Part shown: positions 1 through 8,429 of the stretch, in pieces
Layout of the letters: every line of letters begins with the position of its first letter
How positions within the stretch are numbered: the first letter of the stretch is position 1
Assembly: GCF_000010625.1 (NCBI RefSeq)
Contig: NC_010296.1
Span: 5,760,001 to 5,792,000, forward strand
DNA: 32,000 nt
DNA from: Microcystis aeruginosa NIES-843
Lineage (GTDB): Bacteria > Cyanobacteriota > Cyanobacteriia > Cyanobacteriales > Microcystaceae
Direction: 5' to 3'
Made by a program: the position numbers and the translations under genes
Notes under the pieces: generated by a model
Databases searched by the model: none
What the model saw: the letters and a program-made list of their open reading frames with translations, nothing else
What the model was told of the DNA's origin: nothing

Positions 1-797
1 AATTACCCTTGGGGTTACTCGGTAAAATGGCGGCGACTTGCTGCTTATTTGAACCTTTCCGTAACCCACCCTCCGAGGTAGAGATTCGCAGTTGCATCTC
101 AAAGTTATATGCGGTTCATGGCGAGGTCTTGAGGAAGGCGAAACGGACAAACAAAACTCTAACCGAAGCTGAACTACCAGTTCTCTGGATTTTAACGCCT
201 ACTTTTTCGGGGAGAATGATTGAAGAAGTCGTGGGAATCCCCCCTTCATTCCTACCAGAAGAGGGGATGAAAGAGGAGTGGGGAAAAGGAGTTTATTTTT
301 CCCCTAGCCTGTTCAAAACAGGAATCGTCGCCATCCATCAATTACCAGTCAATGAGGAGACTTTATGGTTGAGGGTGCTAGGGAAAGGAGGGACACAGAA
401 ACGAGCAGTAGAAGAATTAGTGCAATTGCCTGAAGGTAATCCTTTCCAAGAGAATTTACTGGAAATTCTGGCCAACTGGCGCAAGAGTTTGGAATTAAGA
501 GATAATTTAAGTGCCGAAGAACAGGAGGACATTATGAACCTATCACCAGCTTATTTACAACAACGAGAAGAGTGGAAACAAGAAGGGATACAAGAAGGGA
601 TACAACGAGGCAGTTTAGAAGAACGGTATTCCCTCATAACCAGTCTTCTGGAAGGACGGTTTGGCCCCCTAGATGCAGAATTATCTGGTCTGGTGGGACA
701 GATTGCCCAACTTCCCATCTCGGAACGCACCGGGTTACTTCTTTCTCTGGCCAATTTATCTCGCTCAGAACTGTTAGAAAGATTCAGGGAAAATTAA
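1..797 (+). CDS. DUF4351-type protein (cyanobacterial Rpn/YhgA-like putative nuclease family), 5' end cut by window edge
   Basis: The frame is open from the window edge to TAA 795-797. Nt 1-840 are a near-exact copy of 1065-1916, so the real start lies upstream of the window. The C-terminal QEGIQ repeat plus LITSLLEGRFG..L..LS tail matches my recollection of DUF4351 C-termini. Confidence 0.6.
   Translation, partial: LPLGLLGKMAATCCLFEPFRNPPSEVEIRSCISKLYAVHGEVLRKAKRTNKTLTEAELPVLWILTPTFSGRMIEEVVGIPPSFLPEEGMKEEWGKGVYFSPSLFKTGIVAIHQLPVNEETLWLRVLGKGGTQKRAVEELVQLPEGNPFQENLLEILANWRKSLELRDNLSAEEQEDIMNLSPAYLQQREEWKQEGIQEGIQRGSLEERYSLITSLLEGRFGPLDAELSGLVGQIAQLPISERTGLLLSLANLSRSELLERFREN
579..602 (+). 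repeat. In-frame 12-nt tandem repeat caagaagggata (QEGI), 2 copies
   Basis: Direct reading: 579-590 and 591-602 are identical. The paralogue has 3 copies. Confidence 0.9.
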
Positions 798-913
798 ACT
801 TTCAATCCCAATCTCAAAAACAGACAATTAAAATTCCCTTCGATAAATTCTCAAAACTTGCTATGATCTAACAAGATTGTTAATGCACTTTCTCGGATTA
901 ATTATCCCCTGCA

Positions 914-1873
914 ATGACTCGCCAAATTCACGACCAATTTGCCAAGGAATATTTAGAAGAACTCTTAGCGTCTCTAGGGACGATTAAAAAGAGCAAGAAA
1001 GTCAAGAGTGAAGTCCAAGAAATCGATGTCTGGTTTGAACCAGCCAGTTCAGCATCAAGGACTGAATTACCCTTGGGGTTACTCGGTAAAATGGCGGCGA
1101 CTTGCTGCTTATTTGAACCTTTCCGTAACCCACCCTCCGAGGTAGAGATTCGCAGTTGCATCTCAAAGTTATATGCGGTTCATGGCGAGGTCTTGAGGAA
1201 GGCGAAACGGACAAACAAAACTCTAACCGAAGCTGAACTACCAGTTCTCTGGATTTTAACGCCTACTTTTTCGGGGAGAATGATTGAAGAAGTCGTGGGA
1301 ATCCCCCCTTCATTCCTACCAGAAGAGGGGATGAAAGAGGAGTGGGGAAAAGGAGTTTATTTTTCCCCTAGCCTGTTCAAAACAGGAATCGTCGCCATCC
1401 ATCAATTACCAGTCAATGAGGAGACTTTATGGTTGAGGGTGCTAGGGAAAGGAGGGACACAGAAACGAGCAGTAGAAGAATTAGTGCAATTGCCTGAAGG
1501 TAATCCTTTCCAAGAGAATTTACTGGAAATTCTGGCCAACTGGCGCAAGAGTTTGGAATTAAGAGATAATTTAAGTGCCGAAGAACAGGAGGACATTATG
1601 AACCTATCACCAGCTTATTTACAACAACGAGAAGAGTGGAAACAAGAAGGGATACAAGAAGGGATACAAGAAGGGATACAACGAGGCAGTTTAGAAGGAC
1701 AACTATCGCTGATAACCAGTCTTCTGGAAGGACGGTTTGGCCCCCTAGATGCAGAATTATCTGGTCTGGTGGAACAGATTGCCCAACTTCCTATCTCGGA
1801 ACGCACCGGGTTACTTCTTTCTCTGGCTAATTTATCTCGCTCAGAACTGTTAGAAAGATTCAGGGAAAATTAA
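914..1873 (+). CDS. DUF4351-type protein (Rpn/YhgA-like putative nuclease family), full length
   Basis: 319-aa ORF starting at ATG. The N-terminus MTRQIHDQFAKEYLEELL...EIDVWFEP and the C-terminal QEGI x3 + LEGRFGPLD...LSRSELLERF are typical of this expanded cyanobacterial family. It is a tandem paralogue of 1-797. Confidence 0.65.
   Translation: MTRQIHDQFAKEYLEELLASLGTIKKSKKVKSEVQEIDVWFEPASSASRTELPLGLLGKMAATCCLFEPFRNPPSEVEIRSCISKLYAVHGEVLRKAKRTNKTLTEAELPVLWILTPTFSGRMIEEVVGIPPSFLPEEGMKEEWGKGVYFSPSLFKTGIVAIHQLPVNEETLWLRVLGKGGTQKRAVEELVQLPEGNPFQENLLEILANWRKSLELRDNLSAEEQEDIMNLSPAYLQQREEWKQEGIQEGIQEGIQRGSLEGQLSLITSLLEGRFGPLDAELSGLVEQIAQLPISERTGLLLSLANLSRSELLERFREN
1643..1678 (+). repeat. In-frame 12-nt tandem repeat caagaagggata (QEGI), 3 copies
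   Basis: 1643-1654, 1655-1666 and 1667-1678 are identical units. Confidence 0.9.
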
Positions 1874-2016
1874 ACTTTCAGTCCCAATCTCAAAAACAGA
1901 CAATTAAAATTCCCGATGAACAATCATTTCCAAATCCTGAAGAACCTTAAATGTCCTGCTTATTTTGCTAGACTAAAGAAGTCCCAATTCTTGATTAGCC
2001 TGAGATAGGAAGGATT

Positions 2017-2322
2017 ATGGTCAATCAAATCAGCATTGTCATCTCCAAGAATCCCGACGGATATTCACTCAAATCTCCTGAATTAGCAGCAATTGATTAC
2101 CAGGATAGCTCTCTAGAAGGCGTTTTAAATCGACTGAAAGATGCCCTGGAAACTCATCTGATGGCTTCTGATATATCTCAAGAGGAGACTGGAGAATCAA
2201 TTTTAAAGATAGTTGATAGGTTGAATCTGAACTTCCCTGAAGAAGAACTTGAGCCACTTCCATCTGACGGTGCAGAAGAACATGACCATTATCTTTATGG
2301 GAGTCCCAAGAAAAGGCAATGA
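2017..2322 (+). CDS. Type II antitoxin (HicB-like N-terminal fold, acidic C-terminus with HDHYLYG motif)
   Basis: 101-aa ORF whose stop overlaps the ATG of the PIN gene (ATGA at 2319-2322). The N-terminus ISIVISKNPDGYSLKSPEL resembles HicB/UPF0150. The C-terminus SDGAEEHDHYLYGSPKK is a motif I recall from cyanobacterial PIN-partner antitoxins. Confidence 0.6.
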   Translation: MVNQISIVISKNPDGYSLKSPELAAIDYQDSSLEGVLNRLKDALETHLMASDISQEETGESILKIVDRLNLNFPEEELEPLPSDGAEEHDHYLYGSPKKRQ

Positions 2323-2729
2323 AACAAATTTTTGCCGACACTTTCTACTGGGTTGCTTTAATCAATCCCCAAGATAATTGGCATCAACGAGCCAGAGAAG
2401 TTACGTCCAGTCTCAAAAACGTTAAACTTGTGACGACGGATGAAGTTTTGGTAGAGCTACTGAATTTTATGTCAGTCCGGGGAGCAAATCGGAAGCGGCG
2501 TACTGTCGAATTTATCGATGATCTGCTCCAGAATCCCCGCCTTCAAGTCATTCCGCAAAACCGAGAATCATTTCTGCAAGGCTTCGAGTTATACCGCCGC
2601 CGTCCAGACAAAGAATATAGCCTGACAGATTGTATTTCAATGACGGTCATGCAGCGCTTAAAAATCAGTCAAGTGTTAACTCACGACAATCATTTTCAGC
2701 AAGAGGGTTTCATAATTCTATTTGAATAA
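2319..2729 (+). CDS. vapC: PIN-domain ribonuclease toxin (VapC-like)
   Basis: 136 aa. It has an N-terminal acidic FADTFYW, then TTDEVLVEL, SLTDCIS and LTHDNHF, which fit the PIN acidic quartet. It has a 4-nt overlap with the upstream antitoxin. Confidence 0.8.
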   Translation: MKQIFADTFYWVALINPQDNWHQRAREVTSSLKNVKLVTTDEVLVELLNFMSVRGANRKRRTVEFIDDLLQNPRLQVIPQNRESFLQGFELYRRRPDKEYSLTDCISMTVMQRLKISQVLTHDNHFQQEGFIILFE

Positions 2730-2784
2730 CAGAGGGAAAATTAAACTTTCAATCCCCCTAAGCTAGGAAAAACTATCCCCAAAT

Positions 2785-2817
2785 AGAAAACGGGTTTCTC
2801 CGAGAAACCCGTTTTCT
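2785..2817. terminator. Bidirectional hairpin terminator between convergent genes
   Basis: The sequence agaaaacgggtttctc-c-gagaaacccgttttct forms a perfect ~15-bp stem with T-rich/A-rich shoulders. It lies between the + strand PIN gene and the - strand PEP-CTERM gene. Confidence 0.7.
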
Positions 2818-2901
2818 GTGCGTTACTCAACGGATTTAGTATGACAACTGATAAAAACCCCTCCAATTAATGAAGGGGAATTGTCGGATTTATTGATGGT
2901 A

Positions 2902-3642
2902 TTAGGAGACTTTTGTGGTTTCTTTTTCTGTCGATTTGGATGATTTGAATTGGCGCTTGAGGGTTGAGGCTGCGCCGAGTGTGCCGAGGGCTAGTATGCT
3001 TAGGATGGAGGAGGGTTCGGGGACTGATTCAGCATTACTCACCACAGTGACATTATCTAAAGCTGGACCCCAAAATCCTGAGTTGTCAAGACTTGAGAAT
3101 GTTAGAGTTGTCTGATTACCAGTGGCTTGAAAACTTAATTCGTGTAGTTGCCATTGAAGATCTAAGTGGTCAGATGCGGATGTTGAAAAAATTTGGTTAA
3201 CTGCTGCAACTTGAACACTAACTTGACGAGGATTAGGAAAAGAAGGATTAGTCGCACTCAAGTCTGGTCCCGCTAGAGAGAAACTTAAAGTATAGAATTG
3301 TCCAATAATTGTAGAAAAAGTTTGAGATAAAGTTCCACTACTTCCCCCATCAAGATTTAAATCTATAATTAAATCTCCCTCGATTGGAAATTTCATGTCA
3401 TTACTGTTGTGCCAATCAACGCCTGCACCACCTATTGTCCATCCTGTAAGAGCAGAACTTCCCTGACTTAGTCGTGCAAAATTAGGATCTACAACATTAG
3501 AGTCATAATCTCCTTCTTCAAAAGAACCATTGATAATCAGATTAACTGCTGAAGCAGGTGATACAAAACTAACAGTAAAGAGAATCGAACTGCTTATTCC
3601 AAGAGCTATAGTGGTTACTTGAGAACATGACTTAAGTTCCAT
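2902..3642 (-). CDS. Secreted DUF642-like protein with PEP-CTERM sorting signal
   Basis: It has an N-terminal signal peptide (..FVSPASA/VN). NLIINGSFEEG...GWTIGG.GVDWHN is DUF642-like. The C-terminus VPEPSSILSILALGTLGAASTLKRQ is PEP + TM helix + basic cluster, followed by a 15-aa Ser/Lys/Thr tail. Confidence 0.75.
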   Translation of the reverse strand: MELKSCSQVTTIALGISSSILFTVSFVSPASAVNLIINGSFEEGDYDSNVVDPNFARLSQGSSALTGWTIGGAGVDWHNSNDMKFPIEGDLIIDLNLDGGSSGTLSQTFSTIIGQFYTLSFSLAGPDLSATNPSFPNPRQVSVQVAAVNQIFSTSASDHLDLQWQLHELSFQATGNQTTLTFSSLDNSGFWGPALDNVTVVSNAESVPEPSSILSILALGTLGAASTLKRQFKSSKSTEKETTKVS

Positions 3643-3939
3643 TATACTTCCCCCAACAATTTTGTTTTAAATGCGATCGCCTCCCTCGCAGCCAGGTCAA
3701 GCAACAACCCAACCCAACCCCAAAAGGAGATAGCAAAACAATACACATTCCCCCCCCGAACTGTATTCTAAGCTACATTTTTATAAATATTTACATTCCT
3801 CTTCGTCAGGCTTCTTTAGCAAGGTTAAGAGCGATCGCCTTCTATCTTTTAGTAGTCAATAATGCCGTTGACAAGAGCTAAGTTAAGATTGAAGGGCATT
3901 CAGTTGTTAATTCGTGTAATTCTTGAGTAGGGCGAAAAT

Positions 3940-4542
3940 ATGACGACACTACTTGTGCAAGCGACCTCGGCTCCTTTGATGATTGATCTTCCTTGGATTA
4001 TGCCGATGACGGAGGAGCAGTTTTATGAATTTTGTTTAGCCAATCGAGATTTACGCATTGAACGCAGTGCTAGTGGAGAAGTGATCGTTATGCCTCCTGC
4101 TTTTTCAGATACGGGTAATCGCAATTTTAATATAGCTCTGCAACTGGGGAACTGGTCAGAACTAGATGGAACGGGGCTTGGGTTTGATTCCAGTGCGGGT
4201 TTTACGCTGCCCAATGGTGCGACTCGTTCACCGGATGCTGCTTGGATTAAATTAGAACGCTGGAATGCTTTAACAGAAAAACAAAAAGCCTCTTTTGCCC
4301 CTATCTGTCCCGATTTTGTGATTGAATTACGTTCTGCTAGTGATACGGTATCCAGTTTGCAGAAAAAGATGGAGGAATATATTGCCAATGGTACTTTATT
4401 GGGTTGGTTAATCGATCGCCAAAATCGCCAAGTCTATATTTATCGTCCCCATCAAGAACCGGAGATTTTAAATGCTCCTGAAACCATTAGTGGTGATCCA
4501 GAATTGCCGGGGTTTGTATTAGTAATGGCTAAGATTTGGTAA
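3940..4542 (+). CDS. Uma2 family (DUF820) putative endonuclease
   Basis: 200 aa. The segments EEQFYEFC..N.DLRIERSA.GEVIVMPP, ...SPDAAWI... and PDFVIELRS.SD follow the PD-(D/E)XK-like Uma2 pattern. Confidence 0.8.
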   Translation: MTTLLVQATSAPLMIDLPWIMPMTEEQFYEFCLANRDLRIERSASGEVIVMPPAFSDTGNRNFNIALQLGNWSELDGTGLGFDSSAGFTLPNGATRSPDAAWIKLERWNALTEKQKASFAPICPDFVIELRSASDTVSSLQKKMEEYIANGTLLGWLIDRQNRQVYIYRPHQEPEILNAPETISGDPELPGFVLVMAKIW

Positions 4543-4568
4543 ATGCGATCGCTGATGAAAGGTTCCGT

Positions 4569-4610
4569 CAATATAGAACAACTAAGCACGATTAACGCTG
4601 TTCTATATTG
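4569..4610. terminator. Hairpin between convergent Uma2 and murA genes
   Basis: 12-bp perfect stem caatatagaaca (4569-4580) / tgttctatattg (4599-4610) with an 18-nt loop. Confidence 0.4.
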
Positions 4611-4668
4611 TTGCTCACGGGAATCCTCAACACTGATAGAACAGCGATAACTAATCATCCTCTTAAGA

Positions 4669-5988
4669 TTAGGTCAGGGTAGCCAATTCTAAGGCTAAAG
4701 GATCAACCCGGCGTAAATTTGCCCCTAATGCTCTTAATTTACCCTCTAAATTATCGTAACCTCGATCGAGGTGATGGAGTCCCTGCACAATAGTAGTCCC
4801 CCGGGCTGCCAATCCTGCTACCACCAAAGCTGCCGAAGCGCGTAGATCCGTGGCCATCACCGGAGCCCCGGAGAGGAAAGGCACACCGCGCACTAAAGCC
4901 ACATTTCCTTTGACCTTGATATCTGCTCCCAGACGCTTTAATTCGGCCACATGACGCAGACGATTTTCAAAAACCGTCTCATTAACCACGCTACTGCCCT
5001 CGGTTAAAGTTAACAGAGCCATAAATTGGGCCTGCATATCTGTGGGAAAACCGGGATAGGGCAGGGTTTCGATATCGGTGGCTTTTAAGTCTCTAGGGAT
5101 AATCCGGAGACGATTGGGACCATCTTCCACCACTTCCGGACCGATTTCGTGCAGTTTGGCAATTACCGAAGCTAAATGGCTGGGAATCACGGGATAAAGA
5201 CTAATTTCTGAGCGGGTAATTGCCCCGGCTATCAGTAAAGTCCCCGCTTCAATGCGATCGGGAATGATACTGTAATCGGTACTGTGCAGACGGGAAACTC
5301 CCTCGATGACAATTGTATTGGTCCCGGCACCGCGAATTTTTGCCCCCATGGAAACACAAAAATTGGCTAAATCAATCACCTCCGGCTCCTGGGCCGCATT
5401 ACCGAGAATGGTTTCCCCGAACGCTAAAGTCGCCGCCATCATTAGGGTTTCCGTCGCTCCCACACTGGGATAATCCAGATAAATATTCGCCCCTTTCAGA
5501 CGACCATTACCCTTAACGCGGGCGTGTACCATGCCGCCATCGATTAATACATCTGCACCCATTGACTGTAGGCCTCTAACGTGCAGATCTACTGGTCTGG
5601 CCCCAATGGCGCAGCCGCCGGGGAGGGGAACTTTTGCTTCTCCTAAACGGGCTAAAATCGGTCCGATGGCGAAAAAACTGGCTCGCAACTGGGAGACGAG
5701 ATCGTAGGGTGCTTGAGCTTGTTGGAGGTCTCTGCCATCAATCTCTAGTCTATCTCCGGTGCGACGGACTTGCACGCCCAAAGCCGAGAGAATTTGACTC
5801 ATCCGCTCGATATCGGCCAGGGCAGGTACATTACTAATCTGGCACTCGTCGGAGCAGAGTAAAGCCCCCGCCATAATCACTAGAGCGGCATTTTTGGCAC
5901 CACTGATCTTGACTTCACCCTTGAGAGAGTGACGACCTTGAATTTCTAAATAGGGATGCTCGGTATCGATGGTCATAGGATGATTCAT
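4669..5988 (-). CDS. murA: UDP-N-acetylglucosamine 1-carboxyvinyltransferase
   Basis: 439 aa. The motifs [35 protein letters not shown] and LHHLDRGY are canonical MurA (EPSP-synthase fold) signatures. Confidence 0.95.
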   Translation of the reverse strand: MNHPMTIDTEHPYLEIQGRHSLKGEVKISGAKNAALVIMAGALLCSDECQISNVPALADIERMSQILSALGVQVRRTGDRLEIDGRDLQQAQAPYDLVSQLRASFFAIGPILARLGEAKVPLPGGCAIGARPVDLHVRGLQSMGADVLIDGGMVHARVKGNGRLKGANIYLDYPSVGATETLMMAATLAFGETILGNAAQEPEVIDLANFCVSMGAKIRGAGTNTIVIEGVSRLHSTDYSIIPDRIEAGTLLIAGAITRSEISLYPVIPSHLASVIAKLHEIGPEVVEDGPNRLRIIPRDLKATDIETLPYPGFPTDMQAQFMALLTLTEGSSVVNETVFENRLRHVAELKRLGADIKVKGNVALVRGVPFLSGAPVMATDLRASAALVVAGLAARGTTIVQGLHHLDRGYDNLEGKLRALGANLRRVDPLALELATLT

Positions 5989-6117
5989 TTATCTTGGTTG
6001 GCAGTCTTGGCTAAGGAGAGCTTCGGCAAAATGACACTGCATTTTATCAGATTTTTGAGGAAATTATTGGTGATTCTACCCCGAAAAGCGATTTTTGTCT
6101 TAATTATCTGAACTATC

Positions 6118-6146
6118 TTGACTTATGGATTGTCCGATAGTATAAT
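6118..6146 (+). promoter_or_regulatory. Near-consensus sigma70-type promoter for tRNA-Leu
   Basis: TTGACT (6118-6123), a 17-nt spacer, then TATAAT (6141-6146). The -10 box ends 21 nt upstream of the tRNA 5' end. Confidence 0.55.
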
Positions 6147-6167
6147 AAAAGATTGTGAAAGAAAAAT

Positions 6168-6251
6168 GCGGAACTGGCGGAATTGGTAGACGCGCTAGAT
6201 TCAGGTTCTAGTGTCTGCAAAGACTTTCGGGTTCAAGTCCCGAGTTCCGCA
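6168..6251 (+). tRNA. tRNA-Leu (anticodon CAG), class II with long variable arm, no encoded CCA
   Basis: Hand-folded. Acceptor gcggaac/gttccgc. D arm gcg-gaattggtaga-cgc. Anticodon stem ctaga/tctag with loop ttCAGgt. Variable arm gtct-gcaa-agac. T arm tcggg-ttcaagt-cccga. Discriminator a. Confidence 0.93.
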
Positions 6252-6294
6252 TTATCTCCCTCAAGACGCAGTTGTTTAGGGTAGCCCTAGCGGG

Positions 6295-7149
6295 GTGAAA
6301 AATCCGATTGGCTATAATCTCGATCGCTCTCCTGTAACGGCTATGATTAGCAGTGTTCAAAACCCTTTAATCAAGCAAATTCGCAAGCTACACCGCACTA
6401 GAGAGCGACAGGAGCAGAATTTGTCCTTAATTGAGGGAACCCACTTACTAGAGACGGCTTTAGCCCTGAATTGTTCCCTAGAGACGGTTTGTTATACTGA
6501 AAAGTGGCAGCAAAGACAGGCAGAATTAGCGGAGAAGTTTCAAAATCAAGCGAAACGAGTCGAGATAGTTTCCCCGGAAGTCCTCGCTTCCCTAGCAACC
6601 ACGGTTAACCCCGATGGTGTGATTGCCACTATTGCCCGTGATCACCTTCATCCAGTCCCCCAAAATCCGCTACAATTGGGCTTAGTTTTGGAAAGATTGC
6701 AGGATCCGGGTAATCTCGGCACTATTATTCGCACTGCTGTGGCTACAGAGGTACAGGGTATCTGGTTAAGTCTTGATAGCGTCGAAATCGATAACCCCAA
6801 AGTGATCCGCAGTTCGGCTGGGGAATGGTTTCGATCGCCCCTGGTGGTAGAATCGGATTTATCGGCTTTGGTGAAAAAATATCAAGCACAGGGGGTAAAA
6901 GCGATTGCGACTTTACCCACAGCCACCAAAAGCCACTGGGAGATTGATTTTACCCGTCCGACTTTAATATTATTAGGCAATGAAGGAGCCGGTTTATCAC
7001 CCCAATTAGCGGCTTTAGCCGATGAAACGGTGAAAATTCCCCTCTTTGGTGGTGTGGAATCTTTAAATGTTGCGATCGCTACTGCTGTCATCCTCTACGA
7101 AGCTAGAAGACAATTATCCTACAGTAGTGGACTGTTTCAGCTAAAATAG
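6295..7149 (+). CDS. TrmH/SpoU-family RNA 2'-O-methyltransferase; the last 7 codons and the stop are supplied by the inserted IS630 element
   Basis: The motifs LIEGTHLL, LERLQDPGNLGTIIRTA, LLGNEGAGLS and ESLNVAIATAVILYE are SPOUT motifs. The GTG start at 6295 is uncertain; ATG 6343 (MISSVQNPLIKQIRKL) is an alternative. The stop TAG 7147-7149 lies inside the IS left end. Confidence 0.8.
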   Translation: MKNPIGYNLDRSPVTAMISSVQNPLIKQIRKLHRTRERQEQNLSLIEGTHLLETALALNCSLETVCYTEKWQQRQAELAEKFQNQAKRVEIVSPEVLASLATTVNPDGVIATIARDHLHPVPQNPLQLGLVLERLQDPGNLGTIIRTAVATEVQGIWLSLDSVEIDNPKVIRSSAGEWFRSPLVVESDLSALVKKYQAQGVKAIATLPTATKSHWEIDFTRPTLILLGNEGAGLSPQLAALADETVKIPLFGGVESLNVAIATAVILYEARRQLSYSSGLFQLK

Positions 7150-7182
7150 GGCAATAGCTCGAACAAGCAGAGGACATCAATC

Positions 7183-8360
7183 ATGGGAAGAGGTCGGCGA
7201 GATAAAGTCAATCTAACAGGGGAACAAAGAGAAAACCTCGAACAAATCAGTCGTAATGGCTATGCACCAGCTAAAAAAATTCTCCACGCTCGGATTTTGC
7301 TGATGTGTGACGAGGGAGAACAGGCGAAAAGGAAATGGACAGATGAAGAAATAGGCGAAGCTTTAGAAGTTCATAGAAATACAGTGGGACGTATTCGTCA
7401 AAGATTTCTTCAAAAAGGCGAAAAACCAGCATTAGAACGGAAATCGAGAAAAACTCCCCCCACTCCGGCAAAAGTTGATGGAGCCGCCGCCGCCCAAATC
7501 ATTGCCCTGTGCTGTTCGGAGCCACCATCTGGCCGAGCCGAGTGGACAATCCGACTATTAACCTCGGAACTCAAACAAAGACAAATTATCACCGAGATTT
7601 CCAGTCCAACGGTGTGGCGTACTCTAAAAAAAACCAATTACGCCCTTGGAAAACCCAAAGATACTGTATTCCGGAACAGGATTTAGCCCGATTTGTTGCC
7701 CAGATGGAAGTTGTCCTTGACCTGTATGGCACTCAGCCATCGGAAGAAGAACCGTTAATCGCGATGGATGAAGCATCAAAGCAACTACTTGGAGAAGTTT
7801 ACCCTCCGATACCCATGCAACCTGGACAAGATAAAAAAGAAGACTATCACTATAGTCGTGAAGGGGTTCAAGCCTTGTTCATGTTTTTTGACCCCCATCG
7901 AGGATGGAGACGGGTGAGTAACCGAGATAGTCGAACCCGAATAGATTGGGCAGAAGAAATTCGTCAATTATTGGATGTGGACTATCCAAAGGCTCGAAAA
8001 GTCAAGCTCGTCTGTGATAATCTCAACACTCATAACATAGCCTCGCTTTATGAAGCATTTCCAGCACCCGTTGCTCATCGTTTAGCTAGAAGACTGGAAA
8101 TTTATTACACACCTCGTAATGGTAGCTGGTTAAATGTAGCCGAAACTGAACTAAGCGTCTTATCGAGGCAATGTTTAGATAGAAGGATTTCTAGCAAGGA
8201 AGAACTGAAAAGGGAGATAGAAACCTGGCAAAAAGAACGTAATCAGACTGCATCTACAGTAATATGGACGTTTACGACCAGCGATGCTAGGGTCAAGCTG
8301 AAACATCTTTATCCTGTGTTTGAGGAGGAGGAATCGGGAGAATCTATTGCACCAAATTAG
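7183..8360 (+). CDS. IS630-family transposase, two overlapping frames joined by a -1 frameshift
   Basis: OrfA 7183-7686 is the HTH part and OrfB 7509-8360 is the DDE part (LVCDNLNTHN, YTPRNGSWLNVAETELS). A -1 slip on the A8 run gives ..VWRTLKK/NQLRPWKTQRYCIPE.., which is the contiguous sequence I expect for unsplit IS630 transposases. Confidence 0.8.
7626..7633 (+). promoter_or_regulatory. A8 slippery run (A_AAA_AAA_C), candidate programmed -1 frameshift site
   Basis: The frame-1 codons are cta aaa aaa acc. Re-pairing one nt back reads aaa aaa aac caa in the OrfB frame. Confidence 0.6.
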
Positions 8361-8377
8361 CTGAAACAGTCCAGTAG

Positions 8378-8404
8378 GGTGGATTAGCGTCAGCGTAATC
8401 CACC
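8378..8404. terminator. Hairpin ggtggatta-N9-taatccacc
   Basis: 9-bp perfect stem immediately after the IS right end. Once the IS is removed in silico it follows the reconstructed native stop of the TrmH-like gene, and it faces the convergent 8430-9170 gene. Confidence 0.45.
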
Positions 8405-8429
8405 GTTAAACCAGACAAGAATTAGAGAT

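Larger units (their letters stand above)
7127..8374 (+). mobile_element. IS630-family insertion sequence (~1248 bp) with TA target duplication
   Basis: Terminal inverted repeats are gtggactgtttcagcta (7127-7143) and tagctgaaacagtccag (8358-8374), matching 16/17. TA is found on both flanks (7125-7126 and 8375-8376). The element encodes an IS630-type DDE transposase. Confidence 0.85.

Noticed and set aside
4669-5988. Antisense and alternative-frame ORFs inside murA (5313..5516, 5634..5837). Analogous ones occur inside the DUF4351 genes, the Uma2 gene at 3940..4542, purN, ppk2, valS, icd, the MBOAT gene and its SGNH-like partner, and the IS630 transposase.
   Set aside because: All are embedded in strongly supported genes on the other strand or frame. 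They have low-complexity or Arg/Ser/Pro-rich translations typical of shadow ORFs.
7183-8360. Calling the two transposase frames as two independent genes.
   Set aside because: The 178-nt overlap and the seamless ..TLKK/NQLRPW.. junction at the A8 run argue for one transposase, either frameshifted or indel-mutated.
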